A DNA stretch of 62,413 bases, counting the filler, from Squatina squatina (lineage: Eukaryota), in NCBI GenBank assembly GCA_031763465.1. It is 4 parts of 3 records of this genome, joined end to end, with 100 filler letters (N's around TTAATTAATTAA, not from the genome) between each part and the next. Parts side by side here need not be neighbours in the genome. Positions count along the whole stretch, not along the records: positions 1 to 22,435 come from JARFOE010000001.1; positions 22,536 to 37,419 come from JARFOE010000001.1; 2 more parts are not named here. The stretch is one strand, 5' to 3'. The position numbers and the translations under genes are program-made. The notes under the pieces are model-generated. The model made no database searches. It was not told the origin of the DNA and saw only the letters and a list, made by a program, of their open reading frames with translations. Below are positions 11,876-26,050 of the stretch, piece by piece. Every line of letters begins with the position of its first letter. Within the stretch, counting starts at the first letter, position 1.

Positions 11876-14659
11876 GCTGACACAAACCACTGGGATTTGC
11901 AGGGATGGGAGGACTATCTGCATTAACAAACTTTTTGGAGGTTTAAAGAGGGCTCGAGCCTTGTAGCAACATGAGCCTCCTGCAGCCCCAATGCAGGCCT
12001 GGCAGAATACCCAGGGCAGTGCTGTTAAAACACACAGCAGATCCGAGGGCTCTGCCCCAGGTTTTCCTCCCACTGTGTACCTGGAGCACTTTAGGGAGTT
12101 AACAGCACATTTGGTTTTTGTGATAGTTGATTGAACCTTTGTTAGTTAATGCCACAGCCATTGAAACGCAGTAGGTGAATCACATTTTGCCAAGGAATTT
12201 GATCCATTTTTTCCTTGAATAGCTTCAAACCTGGTATGTGCTGCTTATTATTCTGCACTTTGAGCTACACCTTGACATTTATGGATTCCTGTGTCCCAAT
12301 TCTATAAGGTTGTGGACAAATGCCAGCGGCCTCTCATATCAACATTTTTATGTCAATGAAAAACAGGCCAGGCGTAAGCTCCAAAATGATGGATGGAGTA
12401 ATTGCTGTGAAGAAGAAAGCACTCGTTTATGTAGAAAATTCTGAAGAAATTAATTTTACCTGCTGTTTCATAGTCTACAGTGATACATCTTGTGGAATTT
12501 TAAGAAGCTTATGAAAAAGGCACTTATGCTGCAATGCTATAACAAGGCTACTTCACAAAGGCCTTACTGAGTTCATACTAAATCACAAAAGAGAGCAGTT
12601 AGCCAGTATTTTCATCATTCAGTGATTACAGTTGAGAGATTTAAGTTCTTTTTAAAAAACACATTTTGAATGTTCACGGTGTCAGCAAAATGCAAAATAT
12701 ATTGACACACTCAAGTGAACTTTTCCAAGGATTTGGGTGTTCGTCCATGAATCCCACACAGTGATCTTATGATCTCAGTTACGTGGTCTGAGGGAGCATG
12801 TAAAGTGAAAGCCAGGCACACCTAATGTCTGCATACCGAGTGGAGGCCTAGTTTACTTTCCCAAATTTTCAGCTTGGGACCGTGCATAGGAAGGGAAAAA
12901 ATCTGAATAACAAAACAAACACATTTTAAGACTTCATCCTGTGGATTNNNNNNNNNNNNNNNNNNNNNNNNNNNNNNNNNNNNNNNNNNNNNNNNNNNNN
13001 NNNNNNNNNNNNNNNNNNNNNNNNNNNNNNNNNNNNNNNNNNNNNNNTTCATCTGTCGGTCCAGAAAGTGAGTGTTGGCACGTGAACTGACCATGAAAAG
13101 CATCATGGCTGGGACCAATCCCCCTGTCTCACCAAGTCCACCGACTTCAGGAGATCTTTCCAGCAGCAGGCAGTGGGCGATAATCAGGAATGTGATCCCT
13201 AACTGACAGTTTTCCTTCTCTAAGCCAAGACCAAATGCAGCACCTCAGCAGCAAATGTCCCAACAGATTCTGGCATCTTCTGGTCTGTGTGTCTCAGTGT
13301 TGTTACCCACCTGCCCAGTAGGGGGAGGTTACCGTACTAACTTAATGGAAGATGGAAGCGGAAAAACCAAGATTCACTCGGTCTTTAACACAAACTGGAG
13401 GAATGTTAAAAGTGTCAAAGCACTACGCTATCATACAAGCAGGATCCTACTCTCTGATCACTTGTTACTGTAGAGCAGCAGAGTGCCTGAAAATAGTCGA
13501 GATGACATTTAATGTTCCTTCCTACCCAATCATCTTCAGGAGCACTGCAAACTGGTGCAATACTTTGTAACGGATGCTGGTTTATGCTTGTGAAACCCCA
13601 CATGGTGAGCTCTGATTGAAGTTGTGCCAATTGATGAGTGAAGTGGGGGTGGGGGGGAAGGCCTTGCTTTTTATGTATGAAGGCTAGTATTATTGAATAA
13701 TCAAAACTGGGCATCTCAGTGGTTTTGATACTTGCATCCAGACCCCAGTTCGAAAAGGTTGGAAATCTCTGGCTTAATATACAGTAAGCTCAACTCTGCA
13801 CATAACTCACACTATATCTGACGTGAGGGTGATAGATGCTGACACCTGCAAAAAGTAGGAAAAAAATTGCTTTCCAGCATTCACGTCAGGAAAAAAAAAA
13901 TCTGTGCTCAGCTAATAAACTTTGTTATTAACACTTTTTTCATTTTGAGATTATCTGATAGATTTTCCATTTATTTCTAGTATGGCAGAAAATCTGTCAG
14001 ACTTTATAAATAATTTTGTGCTATGCCTGGATAAAGTTACCTGCATAATGAAAGTAATTGCTTCTATACAGTAGATGTTCTTCAGAACAAAGATCTTAAC
14101 TGGATAATCCTCATTCAAGTGAATTTTTTTCAGGAATTACAGGTTCGACTTGCCAAATGGTAACAAATTTCCTTTTGGAAGCTGCCAAGCATTACTGGTC
14201 TTCCAAGTAGTATCATTCTCTTGGTTTTCAATAATACCCAGTCTGCACTTCTATTCAATAGACAATCACTTATAGGCTAGAATTAAGAAACATAACTTAA
14301 AGAGGGAGTGTCACCATCCTTAGCCCCTTTATTTAAAAAAATACAGATCCAATTTTCTTTAGCCCTTAGACTGCCTATAGACCCAGGGAAACTGTTTTCT
14401 TTCTAGATTCCCTCAGGGAGGTACAGTTCAGACTTGGTTATTTACCTTTTTGGCATTTTAACTTATTGAAATTTTGTCTCATGTTTGTTAATACTAGTTG
14501 CAGTATGATTTGTAGTCTTGATTTATCAGCCAGTAAGATAAGTGTTTGCCTCAGGGACATTGCTTTAGAGGGGATATGTATGACTAGAAAAGCAGATGAA
14601 GGTAGACTTTTTGCTATGTTTTGTTCATATTTTTATTCTAATTCTTTGTAGAGGGCAAG

Positions 14660-15334
14660 AGAATTTTAAAGGTGGTGCAAGAACAGAGAGACCTGGGGTG
14701 TTTGTGCACAAATCTTTGAAGGTGGCGGGACAGGTTTACAAAGCAATTAATAAAGCATATGGGATCCTGGGCTTTATAAATAGAGGCATAGAATGCAATA
14801 GCCAGGAAGTTATGCTAAACCTATAAAAACCCTAGTTCAGCCCCCGCTGGAGTATTGCGTCAAATTCTGGGCACCACACTTTAGGAAAGATGTGAAGACT
14901 TTGGAGAGGGTATGGAAGAGATTTACGAGAATGGTTCCAGGGATGAGGGAATGTAGTTACATGGCTAGACTGGAGAAGCTGGGTTGTTCTCTTTGGAGCA
15001 GAGAAGGCGAAGAGGAGATTTGATAGAGGTGTTTTAAAATCATGAAGCGTTTAGATAGAGTAAATAAAGCTAAACTGTTTTCAGTGGCTGAAGGATCGAT
15101 AACCAGAGGACACAGATTTAAGGTGATTGGCAAAAAAATCGGAGGTGACTTGAGGAAAAGCTTTCTTACACAGTGGTTAGGATTTGGAATGCATTGCCTG
15201 GTAGGGTAGTGGATACAGATTCAAATGCAAATTGGACAAATACTTGAAAGAAAAATTGCAGGAATATGGAAAGAGTTGGAAAAGTGCGGCTAACTGGATT
15301 GCTTTTCAAAAGAGCTGGTGCAGACTCCTGTGCT
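14660..15334 (+). mobile_element. CR1 LINE 3' portion
   Basis: Encodes GVFVHKSLKVAGQV.KAINKAYGILGFINRGIE.., LEYCVKFWAPHFRKDV and TRGHRFKV. Frameshifted. Confidence 0.9.
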
Positions 15335-15724
15335 NNNNNNNNNNNNNNNNNNNNNNNNNNNNNNNNNNNNNNNNNNNNNNNNNNNNNNNNNNNNNNNNNN
15401 NNNNNNNNNNNNNNNNNNNNNNNNNNNNNNNNNNACTTACATAGGATGGTGCATGGGGGAAATGGGTCAGATGATCTAGTCACGCCCCCTTCTATTTACA
15501 TGAGTTGAATCATGCAGCTGGCACACCTTAAAGTGAACTGATGCCTTTTTTTTAGTGGATAGATCAGGGGCAGATTTTTGGTAGTGGATTTGAGATGGTA
15601 TCCTCTAAGAATCCCCAAACCTGGCCCCAAATGATAATTCAGCCCATATAGTCATCAACTCAAGGTGCTTCTGTGATTATACAAGTTCAAATTGTGTGTT
15701 CATTCAGCTTGTTGCAGTTTTTGA

Positions 15725-16015
15725 TATTTTGTTTTATTCATTCATGGGATGTGGGAAGCATTTATTACTCATCCCGAATTGTCCTTGAAAAGGTGGAGGC
15801 GAGCCGACTTCTTGAACCAATGCAGTCCGTGTGGTGAAAATACTCCCGCAGTGCTGTTAGTTAGGGATTTTGATCCAACAACGATGAAGGAATGGCGATA
15901 AATGTCCAAGTCAGGATGGTGTGTAACGTGGAGGGAAACATGCAGGTGATGCTGTTCCCATGTGCCTGCTGCCCTTGTCCTTCGAGGCTGTAGAGGTCGT
16001 GGGTTTGGGAGATGC
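15725..16015 (-). mobile_element. LINE 3' end (same family as 10080-10555)
   Basis: ttattcattcatgggatgtggg tail and HLPNPRPLQPRRTRAAG coding remnant. Another tail copy is at 18135-18243. Confidence 0.8.
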
Positions 16016-17042
16016 ATTCGAATGATTGCATAAATCTGATTCCTTATTTAGTATTAAGGATCCACTGTTTGAAAAATATTGACAATATTCAGTATCTTTC
16101 AGGTGATGTATTTCTCTTCCCGCTTCGCTCTTTATTTCTCTCTTACCTATTCCCTACGTTACTGTTCCCTCTGTCTATTTTGCTACTTACATCTCTGTCT
16201 TTTAAGTGTCTCACACAGTCACAGCTGAAAGAGGACAAGACTGGTTCAATTGTGTAATCAGCCTCAAAGCAGCAGTAAGTATTCCTTTTGAACATTGCAA
16301 CTGAATGTTTATGTATTTTATTGCTGTGTTCTGTATATATAGGAATGGTATCAAAGAAATGCAACGAAACAATGGAAAAATGAGTCGACTACAGGAAAAG
16401 TCTCATCATGAATAATGTAAATTGTAATGTCAGATTGGAATTTTTGTTGGATTACCTTCATGGTTCAGAGAAAAAAAAATCATCTTTTATTCTCCTTGGA
16501 GGTTTTTCCTGTGGCTGTTCACTTCCCTTGGGAGATTAAATAAATTAGAGTTTATGACAGCACAAATTGTACATGGTGTGTTGACAGGAGCATTCGATGA
16601 GATGAGTGACCTTCTCGCATTTCATATAGGCTAATGTTCTTATTAGGCAAGTTTACTTATTGGTACTGTGCCACCAGCTTACAACAAGCCTCCGGATATT
16701 TCAGCCACATCTTCCATCTTATATCATTGTGAGTTTAAGTAGCATCACAAATGTAAGACACCCACTGTGGGATTAGTTTTGTATTGTTCTAGCAAAGAGC
16801 CAGCACAGCCATGATGTGCCACATGGCCTCCTTCTGTGCTGTAAACATCAATGGTGCATGTTCTGTGCTCTTCCAGCAGTGTTTTTTCTTCACGACTGTC
16901 AACTACTTTGGGCGAGATCCATTGATCAGATCAGATGAGCCGCACTTTCTAACATACAAAAAAATACATGACGATAGTGGATGACCTGCAATGGGCCAAT
17001 TTTCCTCCTGGATGCCATTCACCTATCAACAAGTTATTTCCT

Positions 17043-17121
17043 ATAACATATAAAATTCTTAATGGATTGGACAGGCTAGATGCAGGAAGATTGTTCCCGA
17101 TGTTGGGGAAGTCCAGAACCA
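17043..17121 (+). mobile_element. CR1 LINE ORF2 fragment
   Basis: Encodes TYKILNGLDRLDAGRLFPMLGKSRT. Confidence 0.85.
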
Positions 17122-18749
17122 NNNNNNNNNNNNNNNNNNNNNNNNNNNNNNNNNNNNNNNNNNNNNNNNNNNNNNNNNNNNNNNNNNNNNNNNNNNNNNN
17201 NNNNNNNNNNNNNNNNNNNNNACAGTCCTAATATTAATCCAATCCTTGGACAGTCTTAATTCATTTATTTTTATTTCTGACTTCTGGGCAAGTCATATGT
17301 GTGCATTTCTTTTTACAAAAAAGATCCATTGTTTTTATCACCGTGATCTACATAAATAAATCAGTGCATAACTTGTCATCATTAGCATCTGGTAAAAGGA
17401 ATTGACCTCATAACATGGCATACATTTAAGTTAGATGACTTATCGCTGTGCAAAAATGTTCTGCTTAAAGCTCTTCATATTTTACAAAATGCCATTCCTG
17501 TAACAGCTGCCAACTTCATCAAACTGACAGAAGTTGAGAAAGTTGTTATTAATGACTAACCGCATGCCATCAGACCCCAAGTGTTAAACAAGAGAACACA
17601 TTATATTCTTAATCTGCTCACACACGAAGAGCTGAAATATTATCTCTTTGGCTGGCATCTCTCAGTCTCCCTTACTGTGCCTGAATGTGAGGAGACTTGA
17701 CTTCAGGGCTCCTGAGGTCAGACAGGAATGCAGATCCCAATCAGTCTTTGCCCACAGACCAGAACATTTGTTCAGTTTCAGCTTTGCTGAGCTTTTTGCC
17801 CTACAGGATATAGCTTGCTGCTATTTGTTTGAAATTACTATTCATTAAGCAGGTGTGAAACATGTTATTTTCAATTTAATGCTAACTTTGGAATAATGTA
17901 ACTTAGCATATTTATTTAAAAGAAACTGATGGAAGGAACAGGTCTGAACAATGATGATTGCAAGGTGAAATGAAAGTTCAGCTCATTCCTTGTACGCTTC
18001 TTTATATGATGCCATTTTGTTCAGCAAATTAGAAGGGATACTTTTGCAGCGATGCAACAAAACTGGTGCTTTGCAAATTTTCCTATTAACCCTTTGAATG
18101 TTAAATATGAAATTTAAAATTACATGGCCAGTTTTTTGTTGTTTTTATTCATTTATGGGATGTGGCAAGGCCAGCAGTTATCACCCATGCCAAATTGCCC
18201 TTGACAAAGAGGTGGTGAGCCGCTTTCTTGAACCGCTGCAGTCNNNNNNNNNNNNNNNNNNNNNNNNNNNNNNNNNNNNNNNNNNNNNNNNNNNNNNNNN
18301 NNNNNNNNNNNNNNNNNNNNNNNNNNNNNNNNNNNNNNNNNNNGCTCTGACAGCCTCCACAAGAGTAAGCAGCGGTGAATCAGAGAAGCGTGGTACAGGC
18401 CTCTGCCTTTGGCTATCCATCCTTCCAAAGTTATATCAGTACTGTGGCCTTTCTTTCACCTTCCACACTCCTCTGACAATATTCAAGTGAGTTGAGTGCA
18501 AGGCTGCTTTAAGTATGGGCACTGGAAATGAATTATTGATGATGTCATCAGACCCGCACCATTTAGGGGGGCCAGGAAATGCGCAAGCCTGCCTTAATAA
18601 GCGCCATTAATGGAAAGTCGTTCTGAGGAGCAGGATGATAAGAACGTGGTTCCAACCTGCCATACCGACCGCCCGCACCCGACCCACCCAGGTAATGAAA
18701 ATTCCAGCCATTGACTTCAGTTGCAATACATTAAGAGAATGCGATCACA

Positions 18750-18900
18750 AATGCAAAATACTGTGGATGCTGTAAATCTGAAATAAAAGCAGAAAATACT
18801 CGAAATACTAACAAAAGATCATCGACTTAAAACGCTAACTCTTTTATCTCTCCACAGATGCTGCCTGACTTGCTGAGCATTTCCAGCATTTTTTGTTTTA
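18750..18900 (+). mobile_element. Short inverted-repeat element of the type associated with Penelope-like retroelement termini
   Basis: Left arm aaaatactgtggatgctgtaaatctgaaataaaagcagaaaatactcgaaata and right arm ctctccacagatgctgcctgacttgctgagcatttccagcattttttgtttt are imperfectly self-complementary. Confidence 0.6.
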
Positions 18901-21454
18901 ATGTTTAAGAGAATGTGATCGTTTGAAGAGTTTCAGGTTTAAAGGATTTTATTGAGATCAGATTCAGTGATGCAGTTTCCACAGCAATAAATATGCCAAC
19001 TAGTAACATAAGTTGTATTGCGTATAAAATGGAATTTATTTGGTTCAAATTGCTTAAGTCAGCTTTATGACAAATCGAACAGAAACAGACCTATTTCCAT
19101 CATGGTGTATTGTATTTCCCTCCAGCAAGAGATGTCTGGCATGATAACTGGCTTTGGTGAGTCTAAAGAAACAGTTTTTGTTTCATCCAACTGTGCCCAA
19201 TACTTTATTCAAAACATAAAGGGAACTGGGGGCTGGGATTCTTCCCACTTGGTTCCAGATAACTCTAAGCTCAACATATAATTAGTCTGAGCTGGAAAGA
19301 CAGTGGGAAGCTCACCAGTATTCTCTATCCTATGCTGGCTAACTGAAATAGATTTAGTTGCTTAAACTCCAGCAGTATCCTGTTTGCAGTTAATGCCCCT
19401 TGTCCCTAATTTGTCCCTACAGGAGAAAAATGTACACTCTATATCAGACAAACTGAAATTCTACTACGGTCGATTTTCAAGTGACCACTTTCATTGGGCG
19501 CGAGAAGGCCTAAATGAACCTGCTGCTCTCCCAGTACAAGCAGTCAGAGGCCCAAACCATTTTAATGGTCAGCCTCATTAGCAGTTTTTTGGCAAGCTGT
19601 TCACACTTTTTGGAGCAGCTTGTCAATCAGAGGGGGCAGGAAATTTGGCAGCTCCACCACAGTGAAGGGTCAGGTTTTGGGGTCAATTTTTGTGAGGCCA
19701 GGATAAACTTTCCTGGCCCACAAAAATCGTAAAAAGTTTGAAACACTTTTTTTGAGAGGCGTGCTGTGGTCCCGTTAAAGAATGTTTATTAGGCCTCTCT
19801 ACTGCAGGTGGCAATGGGAAGAGTGTGCATATCCACCCTATTCCTGTCTAATGGGAGAGAGGAGATGAAAATCTCATGGTTGCTTGGTTTGGAGACTTCA
19901 CCACGGTCATGGGTTTGTGAACTTGTCAGACTCCTGACTAACCAAAAAAAAACTTACACTTAATTGAAATTCCTCATAAGGGGATAAGATCTTTCTACTT
20001 TTCAATTCCTCTAAACATTGCTACGTAAGATACATTGCCCATAAGAGAAAATCACTCTTAAAACACTAAGTGGGACCTACACATGACAATGTCTATATTA
20101 ACATGTAAAGGTAAATTCACCAATTGTGCACTTGCAGTAATGAACCATGCAGGTTGGAGAATCGGCTCTACAGTGTTGTAGACACAGTGTTGTACAGTGT
20201 CTGAAAACTGTGCTTCTTTTAAATGTGGCTCTTCGCTACAAGCGCATAATCGGTCAATTTACCATGAAATGAAGCCTATGGTTTCACACACAACACGCAT
20301 AAAACCAGATATAAACAAGGACACTGTTAATCTTTTGTTTCATTCTGGTGACTTCTCCCTCTCAGTTATTCTAAGCTGAATGTTGTACTTATTTTCTCAT
20401 TAAGTGTAGTGACACGAACAGTACTAAAAGCAGGGCAGCTCTGAAAATGCACTTCTGACCAGCAGCTGACATTCAGCAGCAACCCTTTTTCCTTTTGATC
20501 TTAGCACACAGATGGTATTCTATTATTCTCCCTCCTATGATGTGGAGCTCACTCCAATAGAGTTATTATAAACCATTTGCACCCAACCATTTCATCTAGC
20601 GGACCAGTGATTAGCCAATATTTGATTAAAGAGGAAATCTTTTGCTTTAACTTCAGAGGTTAGAGGGGCCTCCGCAAAAATTCATACCAGATTTTAAACC
20701 ACCTCTTTGGAAAAGCATTAACTAACATATAGGTTCCACTACTTTCTTCCTGGTTTTATAAAGCTATAATATGCATATTTTAAACTTACTCTAAATGTTT
20801 CTACATGAAGGCCAATTCCCATTACTTCAGCAGCCTTACCTGAATTGAGCTGTTAGTGTGTGCTTCTTCCATAGCCATGTTTGTTGAGCCCAGAAGAAAT
20901 TCCATACAGAAATACTTTTTTTAACTGATTTACGTCAGCCAACTTTTCTTCTTTTCCAAAAAATCCAAGTATGCTTATTCATCTCCTGTCCTAATGGTAC
21001 CAGGAGTCCATTTGTACACATTAAAATGCCAGGAGTCTTTGTTTTTAATTTCTGACCAAATATGAATAACAAATGCCATCATAAGCAGTCTGGCAGTGCA
21101 GACCTCACAGCAGCACATAGTGGTAAAATATGGGTTGGCACTGACCATTCCCCACACACCTAATCTTAGTCAGAGTGTCATGGGCAGGTTCTGAATGGGA
21201 GCCAAGGAAGCTGCCCATAGTGAGAGGAAAACAGAGCTAAACCAAGCTACTGGAAGCCAGTCACAAAGTAATATTAAGTTATCTGGGAGCATATTGCCTG
21301 CCTACTGTGTTAACCTCTGAACTTTTATTTTTACATGTGATCATTGCCTTTCAACACTATCTCAAAGATGGTCTCAATTGCACTGCAAATAAATTTGTAT
21401 CCCACTTTATGAATGAATCAGACAACACAAATTCAGAACATGTGTGGCACCAAT

Positions 21455-21640
21455 ACCATAAGACCATAAGACCATAAGAAGTAGGAGCAGGAGTAGGCCA
21501 TTTGGCCCATTGAGCCAGCTCCACCATTCAATTGGATCATGGCTGATCCGACATTTCTCAATGCCACCTTCCCGCCTTCTCCCCATAACCCTTGATTCCC
21601 TTACTGATTAGAAATCTATCTATCTCGGACTTAAATATGC
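21455..21640 (-). mobile_element. CR1-type LINE 3' end with octamer tail (CTTATGGT)3
   Basis: accataag x3 followed by gtaggagcaggagtaggccatt. Confidence 0.85.
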
Positions 21641-22435
21641 NNNNNNNNNNNNNNNNNNNNNNNNNNNNNNNNNNNNNNNNNNNNNNNNNNNNNNNNNNNN
21701 NNNNNNNNNNNNNNNNNNNNNNNNNNNNNNNNNNNNNNNNGAATGTACATTTTGTCAGGAGCCTTTTCTAAAAGTATTGAAAATTCTGAAGTGCAGGAAA
21801 GTTGTGACACAGACTATACTTATCTCTCGAACATAAAGCGGAGACAGATGCCCTTAACCAGAAAAATAAACCTTTGTTCGAGCAAGTAGCTGTCAGTTTG
21901 TGGGTTCTTAGATCACTTCGTTAAGCTGCATTATGTGCCTTGGGGTACAGGGCAAATTGCAGACAATGCTTTCAGTGTAATTCATTCACTTTCATCTCTC
22001 GTTTATTGACTGGGAATGAAAAAGACAAACAAATCTTTTAAATAAAACGTACACTTTTCTTTCTCTTTTTACTCTGAACAAATGGGTGTTTAGAAATCAG
22101 AATTAATTATTGTATGAGAGATGACAGCCCTGCCCTGTAGGAAAGACAAAGCTTTTAGTGAAGTTCATTAGTGAGCCCTGTATGGGGAATATTTCAAAAC
22201 TTATCCATCTGTTGAACAATTAAGAGAACATTTGCTCAGGTTTGAACATATTACAACTGCCCAAAAATTCACTCATTTCAAAACCTTGTGATGCATTTTG
22301 TAGCACATTAGATAGATACAGATTTACCTACTTAGGGACTAGAAATCAAACAACACTGATAATATTTATGTATTTTTGGCATATCATATTGTATTTAATA
22401 TATTTTAACAAAAGTTAGACCTGAGGAATTTGTTA

Positions 22436-22535
22436 NNNNNNNNNNNNNNNNNNNNNNNNNNNNNNNNNNNNNNNNNNNNTTAATTAATTAANNNNNNNNN
22501 NNNNNNNNNNNNNNNNNNNNNNNNNNNNNNNNNNN
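22436..22535. other. Artificial scaffold-concatenation spacer (44 N + TTAATTAATTAA + 44 N)
   Basis: Palindromic linker with stops in all six frames at 22480-22491, centred in a 100-nt gap. Confidence 0.97.
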
Positions 22536-22814
22536 CGCCATGACTCCTATCATTTGTCTCAGGTCGTCCAAGATAGTCCTCAGTGTCTCCAGGTGAGAGT
22601 CAAGCTTATCCAGCTTCCCTCCAGAAGAACCCCAGAGATCCAAATCCACAGGCTCAGGAGTTGGAGGCTGTCTTCAACTGAGCCCCTGCTCCCCACTGTC
22701 AGATTCCACTTTCACCTCTCTCTGACTCCTCTGGCACCATAAAAGTAATAAATGAAAGAGTTCCACACATATAAGAGACTGCACGGAACAGTCAGGGGAA
22801 CAGTTTGCTTATCT

Positions 22815-22975
22815 CGGTTGCTCTGGTGAGGTTGTTAAACTTCTTCCTTCACTGCAAAGAGGTCTTGGATTTCAAGCAGGCGATACTCACTGCCATAGCC
22901 ACATCTCTCAACAAAGTGCGTACCACATTCTTGCTGATGTCTCTGGCCCCACAAAGTGCGTTTCTCCTGCTCCAA
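22815..22975 (-). mobile_element. Second Harbinger Myb/SANT-like domain remnant (disrupted)
   Basis: Minus-strand translation SRRNALCG...LRDVAMAVSIACLKSKTSLQ*RKKFNNLTR, homologous to the RTxxQCRKKFND motif at 9332-9565. Confidence 0.65.
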
Positions 22976-24472
22976 GGGAAAGTAGATGCTGGACATCCCC
23001 CTCCTGATGTTGGCTAGGTGCCAGAGTTTACAGCAGCATGACTTGCCTCAAATAAAAAAAAATCATACTCATATTTAAATCCCTTCATTGCTGCACCTCT
23101 ATCTCACTCTGTAACCTCTTACAGCCTTCCAGCCCTCCCCCCAAACTCTCCATTCATCTGACTCCAGCCTCATGTGCATTCGCTCCCTTTGTCCACACTC
23201 TGGAATTTCCATCTTAAACCCTTCTAACTGACCTCTGAGATCTCTGGGTGACATCTTTCAGTGCCTACATGATCTAAATGAAACCATCATGTCTACTTTC
23301 CTGTTGAACAGTGAGGACTCAGATCCAACACCCAGCACAAATGGCATGCCTGGAATTCATCGTCATGACAGAGTCCTTTCTCCTGATGTGAATTTTCCAG
23401 CGAGCTGTAGTAAATTTGGGTGTAAGTTGTCATTGATAAGATAAGCACATTGTTACTACAATATTTTCATGCAGAAGTGGCAAATCTTTGCAATGTGAAT
23501 GAAAGAGAGGCTTGAAAATATTTTTTTTTGGAAAAGTTAAGAGAGTTCCTCCTTTAAACTGCAACCACAGGAAATAAAAATGACTGTGAGGGGGGTTAAT
23601 TTAAAACAAACAGGATAAAGGGACACTCTTGGCAATCTGTGCATTTCTCCCACTCACACACTATAAAGTACCAGATTGAGTTATTGTGCTTCATGTTACA
23701 GATGCTCAGATGATCAAATGCATTTCCTGATGTGCTATGCATCCACAATTTGCTTTGTTCCATGTTAGATGTAGTTCAGTAGGATATGAGTACTTTTAAA
23801 GTTACCAAAAATCCCATCTGCAACATGATCTATGTGCAATTCCTTTCCCTCTGTGAGAACAAGATCTTGGCACAAAGATTCCTCGGCATAATCCTAACAT
23901 TCGGGGGCTAACAAAACAACTGGCCCTCCAATGTCAGTGTTACTTTTGACACTGCCCATATGTGAAACTTCAGCCTCACCAAAACAATTTAAATACCTCA
24001 ACAAGAGATTTTGTTATTCAATGTATTGAATTTTGTACTTTAAATTCATTAAATATTTCTTAAGCTTCAGAAGAACTGGAACTAATCTTATTTCATATTT
24101 TAAACAGTGGCCTGGATATTAACAGGGCCGGGTTACGTTGGCAGGGTAAGGATGGAGTCCAGGTTTCCCCGCATGCTGTTGAATTTTAACTCCACAGTGT
24201 GCATGCATCTTTTATCCTTGACAGGTTCCCCGCCTGGAGATCAGCCTGATAGACAGGCTTGGCTCCCAGTCGGGTGTGGAGGACTCCGGAGCAGCCTGCA
24301 AGACTAGGTAGGTCCGATCCCCGACCCCAGGAGGGGGTCCAAACCCGAGGAGTGGGTTCCAATCCCAGGGANNNNNNNNNNNNNNNNNNNNNNNNNNNNN
24401 NNNNNNNNNNNNNNNNNNNNNNNNNNNNNNNNNNNNNNNNNNNNNNNNNNNNNNNNNNNNNNNNNNNNNNNC

Positions 24473-24536
24473 ATCTATAGAACCCATTCTCTATAGAATC
24501 TGCCTTTTATAGAACCCATCCTTTATAGAACCTGCC
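24473..24536. repeat. Short minisatellite with a unit of about 16 bp (TATAGAACCCATCCTT-like), 4 copies visible next to a gap
   Basis: tatagaacccattctc tatagaatctgccttt tatagaacccatcctt tatagaacctgcc. Confidence 0.75.
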
Positions 24537-25859
24537 TGATTTTTATTTAATTGATTTTAATAAACAAATACCGTGTGGTTTCTCCAACAGCCGGGTGATC
24601 CGCTCTGCCAGATTACCGTCCAGTCAGACCCCCAGTGTCCTCAGAACACAAAGGCCGAAAACTGAAAATAGTAATGAAACCGATTTAAATATGTAAAATA
24701 TGTTGTTCTTTTCAATACTTTCTCAGGGCTTTTTGTTCTTGTTCAGTCTTCTGCGTCACTTATTTTTAAATTTTCTTCACCCTCACTTCTATATTCTGTG
24801 ATAGTTTTAAAGATTTTGATTTTTCTCATTTCATTCCTTATTTGATCTGGAAATTTGTTTATCTGATCCGGAGTTTAATGCAGTTGATTTCGGTCCTGGG
24901 GTTCCTAGCTGATTTTGGAATATCTAAGAGCTCTCTTTCTGTTGTGCATAACCGGACAGCACTAGAACATTGGATGGTGTGGTTATTGTCACTATTAGCA
25001 ATCTGGCTTTGTCTCTATCTCCAACAGTTGCTTCACTCCATTCAATCACAGATTGTACAGATATTGTAGTGGGCTTGCTTTCTTCTAATCTTTCTGGGTA
25101 AATTACCACATCTTTAAACATTACAGAAAAAGCTGTCTATTCTCCAGCCATCATCATTCTCCAAATAACTGTGAACTAGCCAGTACTTAACAATATTTAT
25201 TCAGCACACACTCCCATGCCTATGTAAGAAGGTGCATTCCTGCCACTCATTGTGGATCATTGTCTCTGTCCTTGGTGCAGCTGCTTCAGCTTTTGTACCC
25301 TTATCCCACACATCATGCTTATATGACTGTGAACTATTCCAGGTGTCTTTGTTTGTGCCCCCATACAGCAATGCTCCACATCTAGACTTTGATCCTGTAT
25401 CCCGGGTGGCCACAAATCCCAAAACAATGGTGGTCATGTTAAAAAGCATTTAACCAAAATAACATTTTTTGAGTTACATTGTCAGTTCAGATCTGACTTA
25501 TGGTGTAGATGGCTGTTGATAGGCATCCAGCAAACAACCTAATAAAATGGAATTTCCATGGCCACAATCCTGTACACTTTTTCAACACACGTAAAGACAG
25601 CAACCATTTTGCAATCTCCAATAATCTGACATGGTAAGTTCTAGGTCATTGGGGAATGTGCGCAACCGAGGGAGAAAAAGAAAATCAAAGAACAAGTCAT
25701 CATCGGGTACTCTTAGGAGTAACGTTGGCCTGGGAGCAGATCATCTTGCGGAATTGTTTGAGGCTTGGGGAGGGAGCTTCATAGTAAGAGAAATAGCTAG
25801 AAATAGAGGAGAATGTAATTAGTTATGATCAGGTATACATTTTTTTCAATTAGTTTGTC

Positions 25860-26050
25860 TAAGGAGCTTGGAAAGGGAAGGGTAAGAAATAGTTGTCATG
25901 GTCCATGTCATAACCAATGACATAGGAAGGAACTGGAAGGAGGTCCTGCTAAGTAAGTATCAAGAGCTAGGAGCGAAATTAAAAAACAGGGCCTTGAGAA
26001 TGGTAAATTCTGAATTACCACCCAAGCCATGTGGTAATTGATAGAGGGAG
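25860..26050 (+). mobile_element. CR1 LINE ORF1 (SGNH esterase-like) remnant
   Basis: Encodes VVMVHVITNDIGR..KEVLLSKYQELGAKLKNR, resembling the VHVGTND motif of CR1 ORF1. Confidence 0.7.

Noticed and set aside
22480-22491. TTAATTAATTAA palindrome as a regulatory or recombination site
   Set aside because: Always centred in exactly 44+44 N, so it is a synthetic spacer.
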